A stretch of 38,380 nt of DNA, from assembly GCA_903885445.1 (NCBI GenBank), contig CAISIO010000029.1, forward strand, positions 1 through 38,380, given 5' to 3'. The position numbers and the translations under genes are program-made. The number at the start of each line of letters is the position of its first letter. The stretch's first letter is position 1. The DNA is from Candidatus Staskawiczbacteria bacterium (lineage in GTDB: Bacteria > Patescibacteriota > Minisyncoccia > Minisyncoccales > Staskawiczbacteraceae). This document shows positions 25,380 through 34,900 of this stretch, piece after piece. Under the pieces are notes generated by a model, which made no database searches, was not told the origin of the DNA, and saw only the letters and a list, made by a program, of their open reading frames with translations.

Positions 25380-26651
25380 ATGGATTTTATTGGAACAATT
25401 AAATTGGTTTTCAGGACTCTGCTTGCCAGAAAAGGCAGGTCGTTTTTGACTATTTTGGGAATTGTTATCGGAGTTGCAGGAGTAATTATTATAATTGCTT
25501 TGGGGGCCGGAGCGCAGAGTTTAATTTTGGGGCAGGTTACAAAATTGGGCTCTAACCTTTTGAGCGTAGCTCCCGGCGGAGGAAACGAAAAGGGCCCGCC
25601 ATCAACTATATTTGGAATTACTGTTACAACCTTGGTGAATTCCGACGTTGATTCATTGCGGAGCAAAACACAAGTTCCGCACGCCTCAGCGGTTAATGCT
25701 ATGGTTCGCGGAACCGCGACCGCCGTTTGGCAAAATAAAAATGTTGATACAAATTTTATTGGAACAGAAAGCAGTTATTCCGATGTTATCAGTTTTACAA
25801 TGCAGGAAGGTCAATTTTTTAACCAATCAGAAGAGCGGGGAAGCGCAAATATTGCTGTTTTAGGTTCCACGGTTGCTGATGAATTGTTTGGCGGAACTGG
25901 CGTTGACCCGGTGGGGCAGGTGATTAAAGTTAAAAGCTCTTCAAACACGGAAGCGGGCGGAATTCCTTTGCGGGTAATAGGAGTTATAACTCCGCGAGGA
26001 AGTTCATTTTTTCAAGACAACGATGACCAGATATTTCTTCCTTTAGTAATCGGCCAGCAGCAATTGCTCGGCATTCACTATTTAGAGGCAATAAATATAA
26101 AAGTTGATTCATCGTCAAATATTGACCAAACAATCAGCGATGTGACAAGGGTTTTAAAGCAAAACCACCACATTCAAAGCAACTCGGATATTGATTTTAC
26201 TGTTTATAATGTCGCTGACGCAATAAGTGTTTTGAGCACGATCACAAACGCGCTGAGATTATTTTTGACTGCAATGGCGGCAATTGCCTTGGTCGTGGGC
26301 GGAATTGGAATTTTGAATATTATGCTGGCGACAGTTGCGGAAAGGACAAGGGAAATTGGTTTGCGAAAAGCGGTCGGCGCGACAAATGGAGCAGTAATGC
26401 GGCAATTTTTACTGGAAGCCGGGACTTTAACTTTTTTGGGCGGGATTGCGGGGATTATTATTGGGACGGCAATTTCTTATTTGATAACTTTACTGATGCA
26501 TTATTTAGGATACGATTGGGCGTTTATGGTTTCAATTTCCTCTATTTTATTGGCCGTGGGAGTTTCGATATTAACCGGCGTAATTTTTGGCTTGTACCCG
26601 GCGTTGAAAGCATCAAGATTAAATCCAATCGAAGCACTAAGATATGAATAA
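25380..26651 (+). CDS. ABC transporter permease (MacB/FtsX family)
   Basis: RSFLTILGIVIGV, VGGIGILNIM, ERTREIGLRKAVGA, PIEALRYE. Confidence 0.93.
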   Translation: MDFIGTIKLVFRTLLARKGRSFLTILGIVIGVAGVIIIIALGAGAQSLILGQVTKLGSNLLSVAPGGGNEKGPPSTIFGITVTTLVNSDVDSLRSKTQVPHASAVNAMVRGTATAVWQNKNVDTNFIGTESSYSDVISFTMQEGQFFNQSEERGSANIAVLGSTVADELFGGTGVDPVGQVIKVKSSSNTEAGGIPLRVIGVITPRGSSFFQDNDDQIFLPLVIGQQQLLGIHYLEAINIKVDSSSNIDQTISDVTRVLKQNHHIQSNSDIDFTVYNVADAISVLSTITNALRLFLTAMAAIALVVGGIGILNIMLATVAERTREIGLRKAVGATNGAVMRQFLLEAGTLTFLGGIAGIIIGTAISYLITLLMHYLGYDWAFMVSISSILLAVGVSILTGVIFGLYPALKASRLNPIEALRYE

Positions 26652-27891
26652 TAGAAAAGCGTTTCAACAATCGGTAAGGGCATTGTCGGCAAATCCGGTG
26701 CGGACGGTTTTAACGACTCTGGGAATTGTAATTGGAATTGCCACAGTGATTATGGTTCTATCAGCGGGAGCTGGGTTTAGAAGCCTGATAAACGACGAAA
26801 TTAAATCTTTAGGAAGCGATACTTTGTTTATTAAAACGCGCGTGCCTCCAACAACGAAAAATCGCGCGGCGAGTTCCTTGACTCCCGGAATATCGGTTGG
26901 AATAACAACCTTCAAGCAGCGCGATTTGGAAGATATTAAAAAACTAAACAACGTTGCAAATGATTACGGAATGGTGACAGGGATGGCGGTTACAAATTAC
27001 AGAGACAACAAGAAAAGCGTTATTTATTTCGGGTCTTCCGCGGAAAGATTTATTATCGACCAGCACACTTTAAAAAGCGGAAGATTTTATACGCAAGCCG
27101 AAGACAATGGAGCCGCGCAAGTTGTTGTTTTGGGAAGCAATCTTTCGAATAACTTATTTTTACAGGACGACCCGCTGGGTAAATTAATCCGCATCGGAAA
27201 TTTGAATTTTCAGGTCATTGGAGTTTACAACTCGCAAGGGTCGGTCGGCGGAAACGGAGCAGACGATAGCGCTTATATGCCCTTGGGGACAGCGCAGAAA
27301 AAAATGCTTGGAGTTGATTACGTCACCGTCGCGGTCGTGCAATTAAAAAATGTTAATCTGGCCGACGCGACAGCTTCGCAAATTAGTTTAACTTTGGAGC
27401 GTAATCACAATATAGCAGATTCGGCAAAAGACGATTTTATTGTAATGACGCAGGCGCAGGTTTTAGATATTTACAATACAATTTTTAACGGCATAACTAT
27501 TTTGCTGATTGCGATTGCCTCTATTTCTCTGGTTGTCGGCGGAGTTGGAATTATGAATATTATGTATGTTGTGGTTACAGAAAGAACAGCGGAAATAGGG
27601 CTGAAGAAATCTCTAGGAGCGACAGGCGGAGACATCTTAAAAGAGTTTTTAATTGAATCTATTTTAGTTACTATTCTGGGGGGAATCATAGGCATTTTAT
27701 TGGGAACTGTTTTGAGTTGGTTGGTTTCGGTTGTGGCAATTTCAAGCGGATTAGTTTGGACATTTACGGTTCCATTGTATGCGATAATTATTGCCGTAGG
27801 AGTTTCGGGCGCGATTGGAATATCTTTTGGAGTTTTGCCGGCGCGTTCGGCGGCTAAATTGGATCCTATTGAAGCATTGCGGTACGAGTAA
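26644..27891 (+). CDS. ABC transporter permease (MacB/FtsX family), second paralog
   Basis: RTVLTTLGIVIGI, VGGVGIMNIM, ERTAEIGLKKSLGA, PIEALRYE. Confidence 0.93.
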   Translation: MNNRKAFQQSVRALSANPVRTVLTTLGIVIGIATVIMVLSAGAGFRSLINDEIKSLGSDTLFIKTRVPPTTKNRAASSLTPGISVGITTFKQRDLEDIKKLNNVANDYGMVTGMAVTNYRDNKKSVIYFGSSAERFIIDQHTLKSGRFYTQAEDNGAAQVVVLGSNLSNNLFLQDDPLGKLIRIGNLNFQVIGVYNSQGSVGGNGADDSAYMPLGTAQKKMLGVDYVTVAVVQLKNVNLADATASQISLTLERNHNIADSAKDDFIVMTQAQVLDIYNTIFNGITILLIAIASISLVVGGVGIMNIMYVVVTERTAEIGLKKSLGATGGDILKEFLIESILVTILGGIIGILLGTVLSWLVSVVAISSGLVWTFTVPLYAIIIAVGVSGAIGISFGVLPARSAAKLDPIEALRYE

Positions 27892-27950
27892 AGTTGTATT
27901 TTATATTTATAAGAGTTAAAATTAGACAATTAATATTGTTTAACAAAACT

Positions 27951-28598
27951 ATGAATAAAGAATCAGGCTCGCCTCGATTCGGCGAAGCGGGACAGGCATC
28001 AAAACTGCTTTTAGTTTTGGCGGTTGTGGTTTTGGTTGCGGTAGTAATAACTTATTTAGTCATGCGCATGGCGACAAAACCTGCTCCGCCCGTAGGACCG
28101 ACTGGACCGTCGGTAGATTTACCGGTTTATGAAAAAACTTTGGGAAATATAAGATTTGTTTTTGAATCAGCAATCGACAGGGCAGGCGTTTTAAAAGTAT
28201 CGGAAATAGTAAATTCCCAATTCGCTTTGTCTACGCAAAAAGATTTTGTAATTGACAACACCGGAGCAAAATTTATACAGGTCACTGTCGGCGCGCAAAA
28301 CAAAGGTACAGAAAATACCGAACAGAATTCGTGGGACATAGGAAATATTGTAGACTCGGAGGGCAGAAAATTCGTGGCGGTTGATAGTTTTGCCGTCAGT
28401 CCATGGCTTCCTAATCCTAATTTGTGCGGAGCGTTGTTAAAGCCGGCATTCGACCCGACGCCGTGCACAAAAATATATGAGGTTTCCAAGGCATCGGAAG
28501 GGTTAAAAATAGAAGTTAAAACCGGCCAAGACAACACATCGCAAAATTTCACGTCCGGAAAAATAGATTCGTTTTTAATTGATTTAATAGTTAAATAA
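27951..28598 (+). CDS. Membrane-anchored protein with a DUF4352-like Ig domain
   Basis: TM helix; KFIQVTVGAQNKG, IVDSEGRKF, LKP, KIYEV; start at ATG 27951. Confidence 0.7.
   Translation: MNKESGSPRFGEAGQASKLLLVLAVVVLVAVVITYLVMRMATKPAPPVGPTGPSVDLPVYEKTLGNIRFVFESAIDRAGVLKVSEIVNSQFALSTQKDFVIDNTGAKFIQVTVGAQNKGTENTEQNSWDIGNIVDSEGRKFVAVDSFAVSPWLPNPNLCGALLKPAFDPTPCTKIYEVSKASEGLKIEVKTGQDNTSQNFTSGKIDSFLIDLIVK
27968..27991. repeat. 24-nt palindromic in-frame insertion
   Basis: CTCGCCTCGATTCGGCGAAGCGGG; its removal turns ESGSPRFGEAGQA into ESGQA. Confidence 0.65.
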
Positions 28599-28604
28599 AA
28601 TTTA

Positions 28605-29024
28605 ATGGCAGACCAAGATAAAAAAGAAGATTTAAAAACGCCCGAGAGAGGAGCTCCTGCCGGTGAACAGGCAGTGCGTTTTGAGCAAGAAAATCAGGTT
28701 GAGAAAAGGGAGGTTTCGCCTGACGAAGCAAGAGTATCCGCTGAATTAAGGAAAGAAATAGAAATGATGGAGCTGGATGATACTGCAAAGGCAGAGGCGG
28801 AAAAGAAAGCTGAAAAAATTGGATTTCTGGGCGAAAAGGAAAAGATTGAACATCTTTTGCAAATGGCGCGCGAAAAGGGTCTGATTTTTGCAATCCAGGT
28901 TGCCAGGCGCATGAACGAGCCGTATCTTCTGGATATTTTGCACGACACTCTGTCGCAGGAAGGTTTTTATAAAGATTTTCTTCCCGGCAAAAGCGCAAAC
29001 GACGATGACGATAAAAAAGTTTAA
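28605..29024 (+). CDS. Hypothetical protein
   Basis: Acidic N-terminus and helical C-terminal domain; co-oriented and 10 nt upstream of the VirD4-like gene. Confidence 0.7.
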   Translation: MADQDKKEDLKTPERGAPAGEQAVRFEQENQVEKREVSPDEARVSAELRKEIEMMELDDTAKAEAEKKAEKIGFLGEKEKIEHLLQMAREKGLIFAIQVARRMNEPYLLDILHDTLSQEGFYKDFLPGKSANDDDDKKV

Positions 29025-29034
29025 ATTATAAGTA

Positions 29035-31521
29035 ATGGCAATTATTATTCCGGGACTTATTGCGGTGTTTCTGCTGGTAGTGCTGGCTTTTGTGATGGTT
29101 TTAAATGCGGAAACCAAAGAGAAAGAGTCGGTTTTCGGCGGGCTTGATATGGTTTTGTTTTTGGTGATGATGCCAAAAAATCAGCCAAGAAAAGAAGGTG
29201 AACAGCAGAAAGAAGAAAAAACAATGGTGGCGCAAATGGAACAAGTTTTCGCCAACTTTTTGTATTTGAAAAAACCGAAAATGTTTCAGACCGCGCCCGC
29301 AGTCGCCTTTGAGATTGCTTCACAAATTGGAAGTTCAGATATTTCTTTTTATGTGGCGGTTCCAAAATATTTGGAATCTGTTTTTGAAAAATATGTGCAA
29401 GGCGTTTATCCAAACGCGGTTGTCGACAAGGTTCCGCAGGACTACACAATTTTTGAGCCTCAAGGGGCTACCGCCGCCGCCTATTTACGGCTTTCAGAAA
29501 ATTCTCTTTTTCCAATCAGCACATATCAGACATTGGAAACCGATCCATTATCTGTGGTGACAAATAATTTGAGCAAAATTACCGCTAATGAAGGCGGAGC
29601 AGTCCAGGTCTTGATAAGGCCTTTGTCGAAATTAAATTTGAGGAAAGCGGGGGAGAAAGCTTTGAAAAAAATTAGGGAAGGCAAATCCGTGAAGGGCGCG
29701 GTTGAAAGAGCATCAGGCTGGGGTCCTGCTAATCTTATAGAAATAATCGATGAAATTTTTGTGCGAGGACCGAGAGATTCGAAGCGGAAAGAGGCAGAGG
29801 GAAAAAGCCTGCCTGCCGGCAGACAGGAGCAGGGGATTGACCAGAAGGGTTATGACGCAATCCAAAGTAAAATCCAGAAACAGCCGTTTGAAGTGAATAT
29901 AAGGGTTGTCGCCGCAGCGCAATCAGAAGGCCGGGCCGAGGAAATTTTGAACCATCTGGTTTCGGCATTTAGCCAGTTTTCTTTGTCGGCGATAAACAGC
30001 CTGGAACCGCGAGAAGTTTACAAAAAGGAATTGCAAAAACTGGTTTATGACTTCAGCTTCCGCTCTTTTAATAAGAATCAAAGCAATATTTTAAATCTTG
30101 AAGAGCTGGCGAGTATTTATCACTTTCCAACGCATTATATTGAAACGCCGTATATTAAAGCCGCCAAATCGGCAACAACTCCTCCGCCGTCGGATTTGCC
30201 GGAAAAAGGCGAGACGTGCGTTGGAAAAGTTTCGTACAGGAACGAAGAAAAAAAAGTTTATTTTGGAAGCAGGGCTGACCGCAGAAGGCATCTTTATCTT
30301 ATTGGGCAAACCGGCGTTGGAAAATCTGGTTTTATGGAAGGACTGATTGCCCAAGACATTGCAAACGGCGAGGGTGTGGCCGTTGTTGATCCGCACGGAG
30401 AATTGGTTGACCATATTTTAGCCATGATTCCAAAGAACAGAGTTGAAGATGTGGTTATTTTTGAGCCGTTTGATATTTCGCGTCCGTGCGGCTTGAATAT
30501 GTTGGAATACGATTCGCCAGAACAAAAAGATTTTGCCGTGCAGGAAATGATTGCTATTTTTATGAAGCTTTTTCCGCCCGAAATTATCGGCCCGATGTTT
30601 GAGCACTATATGAGAAACGCCATGCTGGCGTTAATGGCAGACAAAGATAATCCGGGAACTCTGGTTGAAATTCCGAAGATGTTTACCGATCCTGCGTTTT
30701 TACAAACAAGAATGGCGAAAGTTTCCGATCCGATTGTGCGAAGTTTTTGGACAAAAGAATGGGCGCAGACAACCGGCTCTACAAGGTCTGATATGTTGGG
30801 CTACGTTGTTTCAAAACTCGGCAGATTTATTGAAAACGAAATGATGCGAAATATCATCGGGCAGTCGCACTCCGGGTTTGATTTAGCCGAGATAATGGAT
30901 TCTAAAAAAATATTCTTGGCAAATTTATCCAAGGGTTTGACTGGCGAGGTAAACAGTTCTTTGCTTGGTCTAATTTTGGTTTCTAAAATTCAGATGGCAG
31001 CCATGCGACGCGCCAGAATTGCCGAAGACCAAAGAACGGATTTCTATTTATATATTGACGAATTCCAAAACTTTACAACAGATTCCATTGCTACGATTTT
31101 GTCTGAAGCCAGAAAATATAAATTAAACTTGATAATGGCCCACCAGTACATGCCACAGTTAAAGCAGGAAATTCGCGACGCGGTTTTAGGAAACGTTGGC
31201 ACGATTGGAGCCTTCAGGATTGGAGCTGAAGACGCCGAAAATCTGGAGAAACAATTTGAGCCAGGATTTTCCAGATTTGACCTGGTGAATCTGGACAACT
31301 TTACAATGATAATTAAGATGATGATAAACAACAAGATTTCAACACCGTTTAAAATGAATACGCTGCCGCCTCCAAAAGGAAAGCCGGAAATTGTAGATGT
31401 AATCAAAAAGATTTCCAAATTAAAATATTCCCGCGCTAAAGATATTGTAGAGCAAGAAATCTCCCAGCGTTCGTTTGTCGAGTCTGCCCCAGTTGTCCCG
31501 ATACCGCCAATCAAGAAGTGA
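29035..31521 (+). CDS. VirD4/TraG/TrwB-like ATPase
   Basis: N-terminal TM; DRRRHLYLIGQTGVGKS (Walker A), DPHGEL, LYIDEFQNF (Walker B), LSEARKY, AHQ. Confidence 0.88.
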   Translation: MAIIIPGLIAVFLLVVLAFVMVLNAETKEKESVFGGLDMVLFLVMMPKNQPRKEGEQQKEEKTMVAQMEQVFANFLYLKKPKMFQTAPAVAFEIASQIGSSDISFYVAVPKYLESVFEKYVQGVYPNAVVDKVPQDYTIFEPQGATAAAYLRLSENSLFPISTYQTLETDPLSVVTNNLSKITANEGGAVQVLIRPLSKLNLRKAGEKALKKIREGKSVKGAVERASGWGPANLIEIIDEIFVRGPRDSKRKEAEGKSLPAGRQEQGIDQKGYDAIQSKIQKQPFEVNIRVVAAAQSEGRAEEILNHLVSAFSQFSLSAINSLEPREVYKKELQKLVYDFSFRSFNKNQSNILNLEELASIYHFPTHYIETPYIKAAKSATTPPPSDLPEKGETCVGKVSYRNEEKKVYFGSRADRRRHLYLIGQTGVGKSGFMEGLIAQDIANGEGVAVVDPHGELVDHILAMIPKNRVEDVVIFEPFDISRPCGLNMLEYDSPEQKDFAVQEMIAIFMKLFPPEIIGPMFEHYMRNAMLALMADKDNPGTLVEIPKMFTDPAFLQTRMAKVSDPIVRSFWTKEWAQTTGSTRSDMLGYVVSKLGRFIENEMMRNIIGQSHSGFDLAEIMDSKKIFLANLSKGLTGEVNSSLLGLILVSKIQMAAMRRARIAEDQRTDFYLYIDEFQNFTTDSIATILSEARKYKLNLIMAHQYMPQLKQEIRDAVLGNVGTIGAFRIGAEDAENLEKQFEPGFSRFDLVNLDNFTMIIKMMINNKISTPFKMNTLPPPKGKPEIVDVIKKISKLKYSRAKDIVEQEISQRSFVESAPVVPIPPIKK
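29808..29827. repeat. 20-nt near-perfect palindrome within the CDS (encodes LPAGRQ)
   Basis: CCTGCCTGCCGGCAGACAGG, one mismatch away from a perfect palindrome. Confidence 0.7.
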
Positions 31522-31549
31522 TTGACGTGATTCTCTGATAGTATATAAT
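31522..31549 (+). promoter_or_regulatory. Sigma70 promoter
   Basis: TTGACG, 16 nt, TATAAT. Confidence 0.65.
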
Positions 31550-31570
31550 AAAATCATAAATAATAAAAAT

Positions 31571-31780
31571 ATGGCGGACAAAAAAATAACAATTGAGGAA
31601 TTGGCAAAAATGATAAATAAAGGATTTAATAATGTCACAGGACAAATTAACGGTTTAAAAACAGATGTTGCAGATATAAAAAAAGATGTTAAAGAAATAA
31701 AGAACGAACTTGTCAGAGTTGATGCGGTAGAAAAAAGAGTTGATTACATCGAAAACACATTAAACATCTCGGCTAATTAG
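31571..31780 (+). CDS. Small coiled-coil hypothetical protein
   Basis: 69 aa with heptad pattern LKTDVADIKKDVKEIK; own promoter upstream. Confidence 0.7.
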   Translation: MADKKITIEELAKMINKGFNNVTGQINGLKTDVADIKKDVKEIKNELVRVDAVEKRVDYIENTLNISAN

Positions 31781-31824
31781 TTTGATTTTAAATGAATAAA
31801 TTATGTCAGCTAAACTCCGAATCC

Positions 31825-31847
31825 GAGAGAGAGAGAGAGAGAGAGAG
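31825..31847 (+). repeat. (GA)11 simple sequence repeat
   Basis: Perfect GA x11 plus G; the only long dinucleotide tract noticed in the window. Confidence 0.95.
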
Positions 31848-31921
31848 TAAATCTCGCTCGCCAATTTTTTAACTCTTACTTTTTCAAAACCGCCGCAATT
31901 TTATTATGTGCCGGTTTTCTA

Positions 31922-34900
31922 TTGCCATCGTTAGTGCTGGCTTATCCCGAAATACCTCAAAATTCTGATCTAGTTGTCGCGGGTCCATACGACACCGCAG
32001 CGTCTGGAGCGGGGAATTGGGGTTGCGCTGGTTGTCTTCCTGGTGAATATCGTTATTTCGTAACAATAGGACAGAAATACCGCATAAGAGAGAATGGGAC
32101 AATTTCCAGGGTGCGCATATATACATATCTTAAGACAAACGTCACGGGCTTTTATATTGATGTGTGGAGGAAAAATGGATCTAATTATGATTTGGTAGGA
32201 ACTAGCGAGAATATTATAGACAGCCTAGTTTCGGCCGATTATGCAACCATTGACTTAGCTTCGCCTATTTCTGGTGTGCAGGAGGGGGACTATTACGGAT
32301 ATCATATGACATTTAGTGCTGGTTCCAGCAGCGCTTTCTTTGCAAGAACGAGCGTAAGTGGTGTGACAACCTATTACGCTACCAACTCTACGCCCAATTC
32401 AACAAATTATAACTGGACGGGCCAGTCATCGCTCGCCGGTGCGGTTTTGCCGATAGAGTTGTATATGACAGCTCCGCAATTTGCTTTTATCGGTGACTCT
32501 ATAATTGCCGGCCACCCCGGCCATTATAGTTTCCTCGAAGCAACCGCAACTACCAATATTGCTTCAACAATTGAAAATCAATTTGGCGCCTTAGGGAGTT
32601 ACACATATCAAAACATGGGCATTGGTTCTCAAACCACGACTAATATTGCCGCCCGTTTTACAAACGATATAATAAATCTACACCCTACGGTTGTTGTATT
32701 AGAGGGTGGTGTAAATGATATAGCGGGGGGCGCTGCAAAATCTACTTTTATTTCTAATTGGACAACGATGCTGGCAGCCGCGCAGGCCAGTAGTAGTGTT
32801 CAATATATTTTAGTCTTGAAAATTTTGCCGTGGACAAATGGTACCAACACACAAATGCAAACCCGAGATGATTGGAATGCTTCATTGGTTGCACTTGCCT
32901 CAAGTTATTCAAAAGCTATTGTTGTTGACGCGAGCACTTATGTGGGAGAATTTCGTGCTGGTGGTGATGCTGGAAATCTTTGGAATATTCAGGCTATTTA
33001 TAACGCAGATGGAGTTCATTTTAACCAGGCTGGTCATGGGCAAGTAGCCCTTGCTCTTGGCGAAGCTCTTAATAATATTGGCCCGACCATCTCCACCTTG
33101 TCTCCCGTGGATAACGCAACAGGAGTTGACATGGACACTAATCTCGTGATTACCTTTGACAGAGTTGTTATCCCGCAGGCAGGAGCAGACAATAACATCG
33201 TTATCAAAAAAACTAGCGATAATTCAACTATTGAAACTATCGATGCGGAAAGCGCGCAGGTTACCGGCAGCGGGACAGCAACAATTACCATTAATTCATC
33301 TGTTACGTTGGATCCTTCAACAAGTTATTATGTCCAAATTGGAGTGGATGCTTTTGATGATGCCAGTGGCAATAGTTTCGTGGGCATCAGTAACACAACA
33401 ACCTGGAATTTTACAACCGTTGATATTGAAAACCCTCTAGTCTCCACCTTATCTCCTGCAGATAACGCTGTAAGCGTCGATGTGAGCGCCAACCTCGTGA
33501 TTACTTTTGACGAAGCTGTCACTCCGCAGGCCGGCGCTAACAATGATATTATTATTAAAAAATCCAGTGACAACAGCACGGTAGAAACGATAGATGCCCA
33601 AAGCGCGCAGGTTACCGGCAGCGGGACAGCAACAATTACCATTAATCCATCTATCACACTGGCTTCCGCGACAGATTATTACGTCCAGATTGGAGCCGAT
33701 GCGTTTGACGACACAAGTGGCAATAGTTTCGTGGGTATAAGCAATACTACAACTTGGAATTTTACAACAGGAGCGGGTCCTTTGGATGGATTTTTATATT
33801 ATAAACAGATAACGGTTAGCAATGCCAATATAGATGCTGTTCTTACTGATTTTCCGTTGCGTGTTTACATATCGGCAGATTCGGATATGGGCGCCGTTAC
33901 GAGAGATGATGGTTACGATATACGTTTTACTGCGCCTGATCAAGCTACAATCCTGCCATATCAGCGCGAAACTTGGAGTGGTGGCAACGGGTCGGCTGTT
34001 ACGGCCAATTTTTGGGTGAAAACAACGCTTAATGCCGATAATAACACTGCAACTAATGATACGATCTATGTTTATTATGGAAAATCTGACGCAATTGATG
34101 GCCAGGATGCTGCTGATGGCGATAATGATGTTTGGAACAGTAATTTTGCCGGAGTTTGGCATTTGGACGAAACTGCAACTGACGAGGGAACCGTTGCTGG
34201 GCTTCATGCCGACTCCACTTCAAATAATAAAGATGGTAGTCAGAGTGGTAACACCAATACTGTCGGTAAGATTTCTAACGCTCAAGATTTTGATGGAATC
34301 AATGATGTTATAGAAATTAATTCCGCATATAACAGCGCCGATATAACTGTTTCATGGTGGTCCAATTGCGCTATTTCAAATCCAACAGCGGAAGGAATCT
34401 TAGCAATTTATCGCCAGGCGAGTGGCGATAGTCTTTGGGGGTATCATTGGAATCTTGTCACTAGCGGAGTATATATTGTTTACAGAGACGCTTCAACGAA
34501 CACGTTTTATAAAAGAATTTTGGATTCTTCAATAACGCAAGCAGATTGGCATTATTATTCCGTGGCGTGGGATGAAACAGCTAAAACTTTTACTTTGTAT
34601 GTGGACGGTGTAGTGCAATCTGGTGTTGGCACTGGAAATCCTGATTTTCCGACGACACTTGCCACAACGAGATTGGGTTATAGTCATGAAAATTGGCCGG
34701 GAGATGTAAATATAGATGAATTCAGAATTTCTTCGATTGTCCGGCCGGTGGCGTGGACAAAATTTGAATATAGAAATATGGGAGTGGCGGGCAATGATAT
34801 TAATTTTGGTGATCAAACTTCAACGGCTAGTACCGACGCGACCATCTCTGCAGGAACCTTAGCCTCGCAAACCATCTCGGGGACATTCACCGGCGGAGCT

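Noticed and set aside
31922-31924. TTG 31922 as the true start of the giant protein
   Set aside because: It falls inside the hydrophobic core of the predicted signal peptide and would give a protein without an export signal
33249-33646. 47-nt direct repeats as a CRISPR array or a DGR template/variable pair
   Set aside because: Only two in-frame copies, explained by Ig domain duplication; no adenine-specific mismatch pattern noticed and no reverse transcriptase in the window
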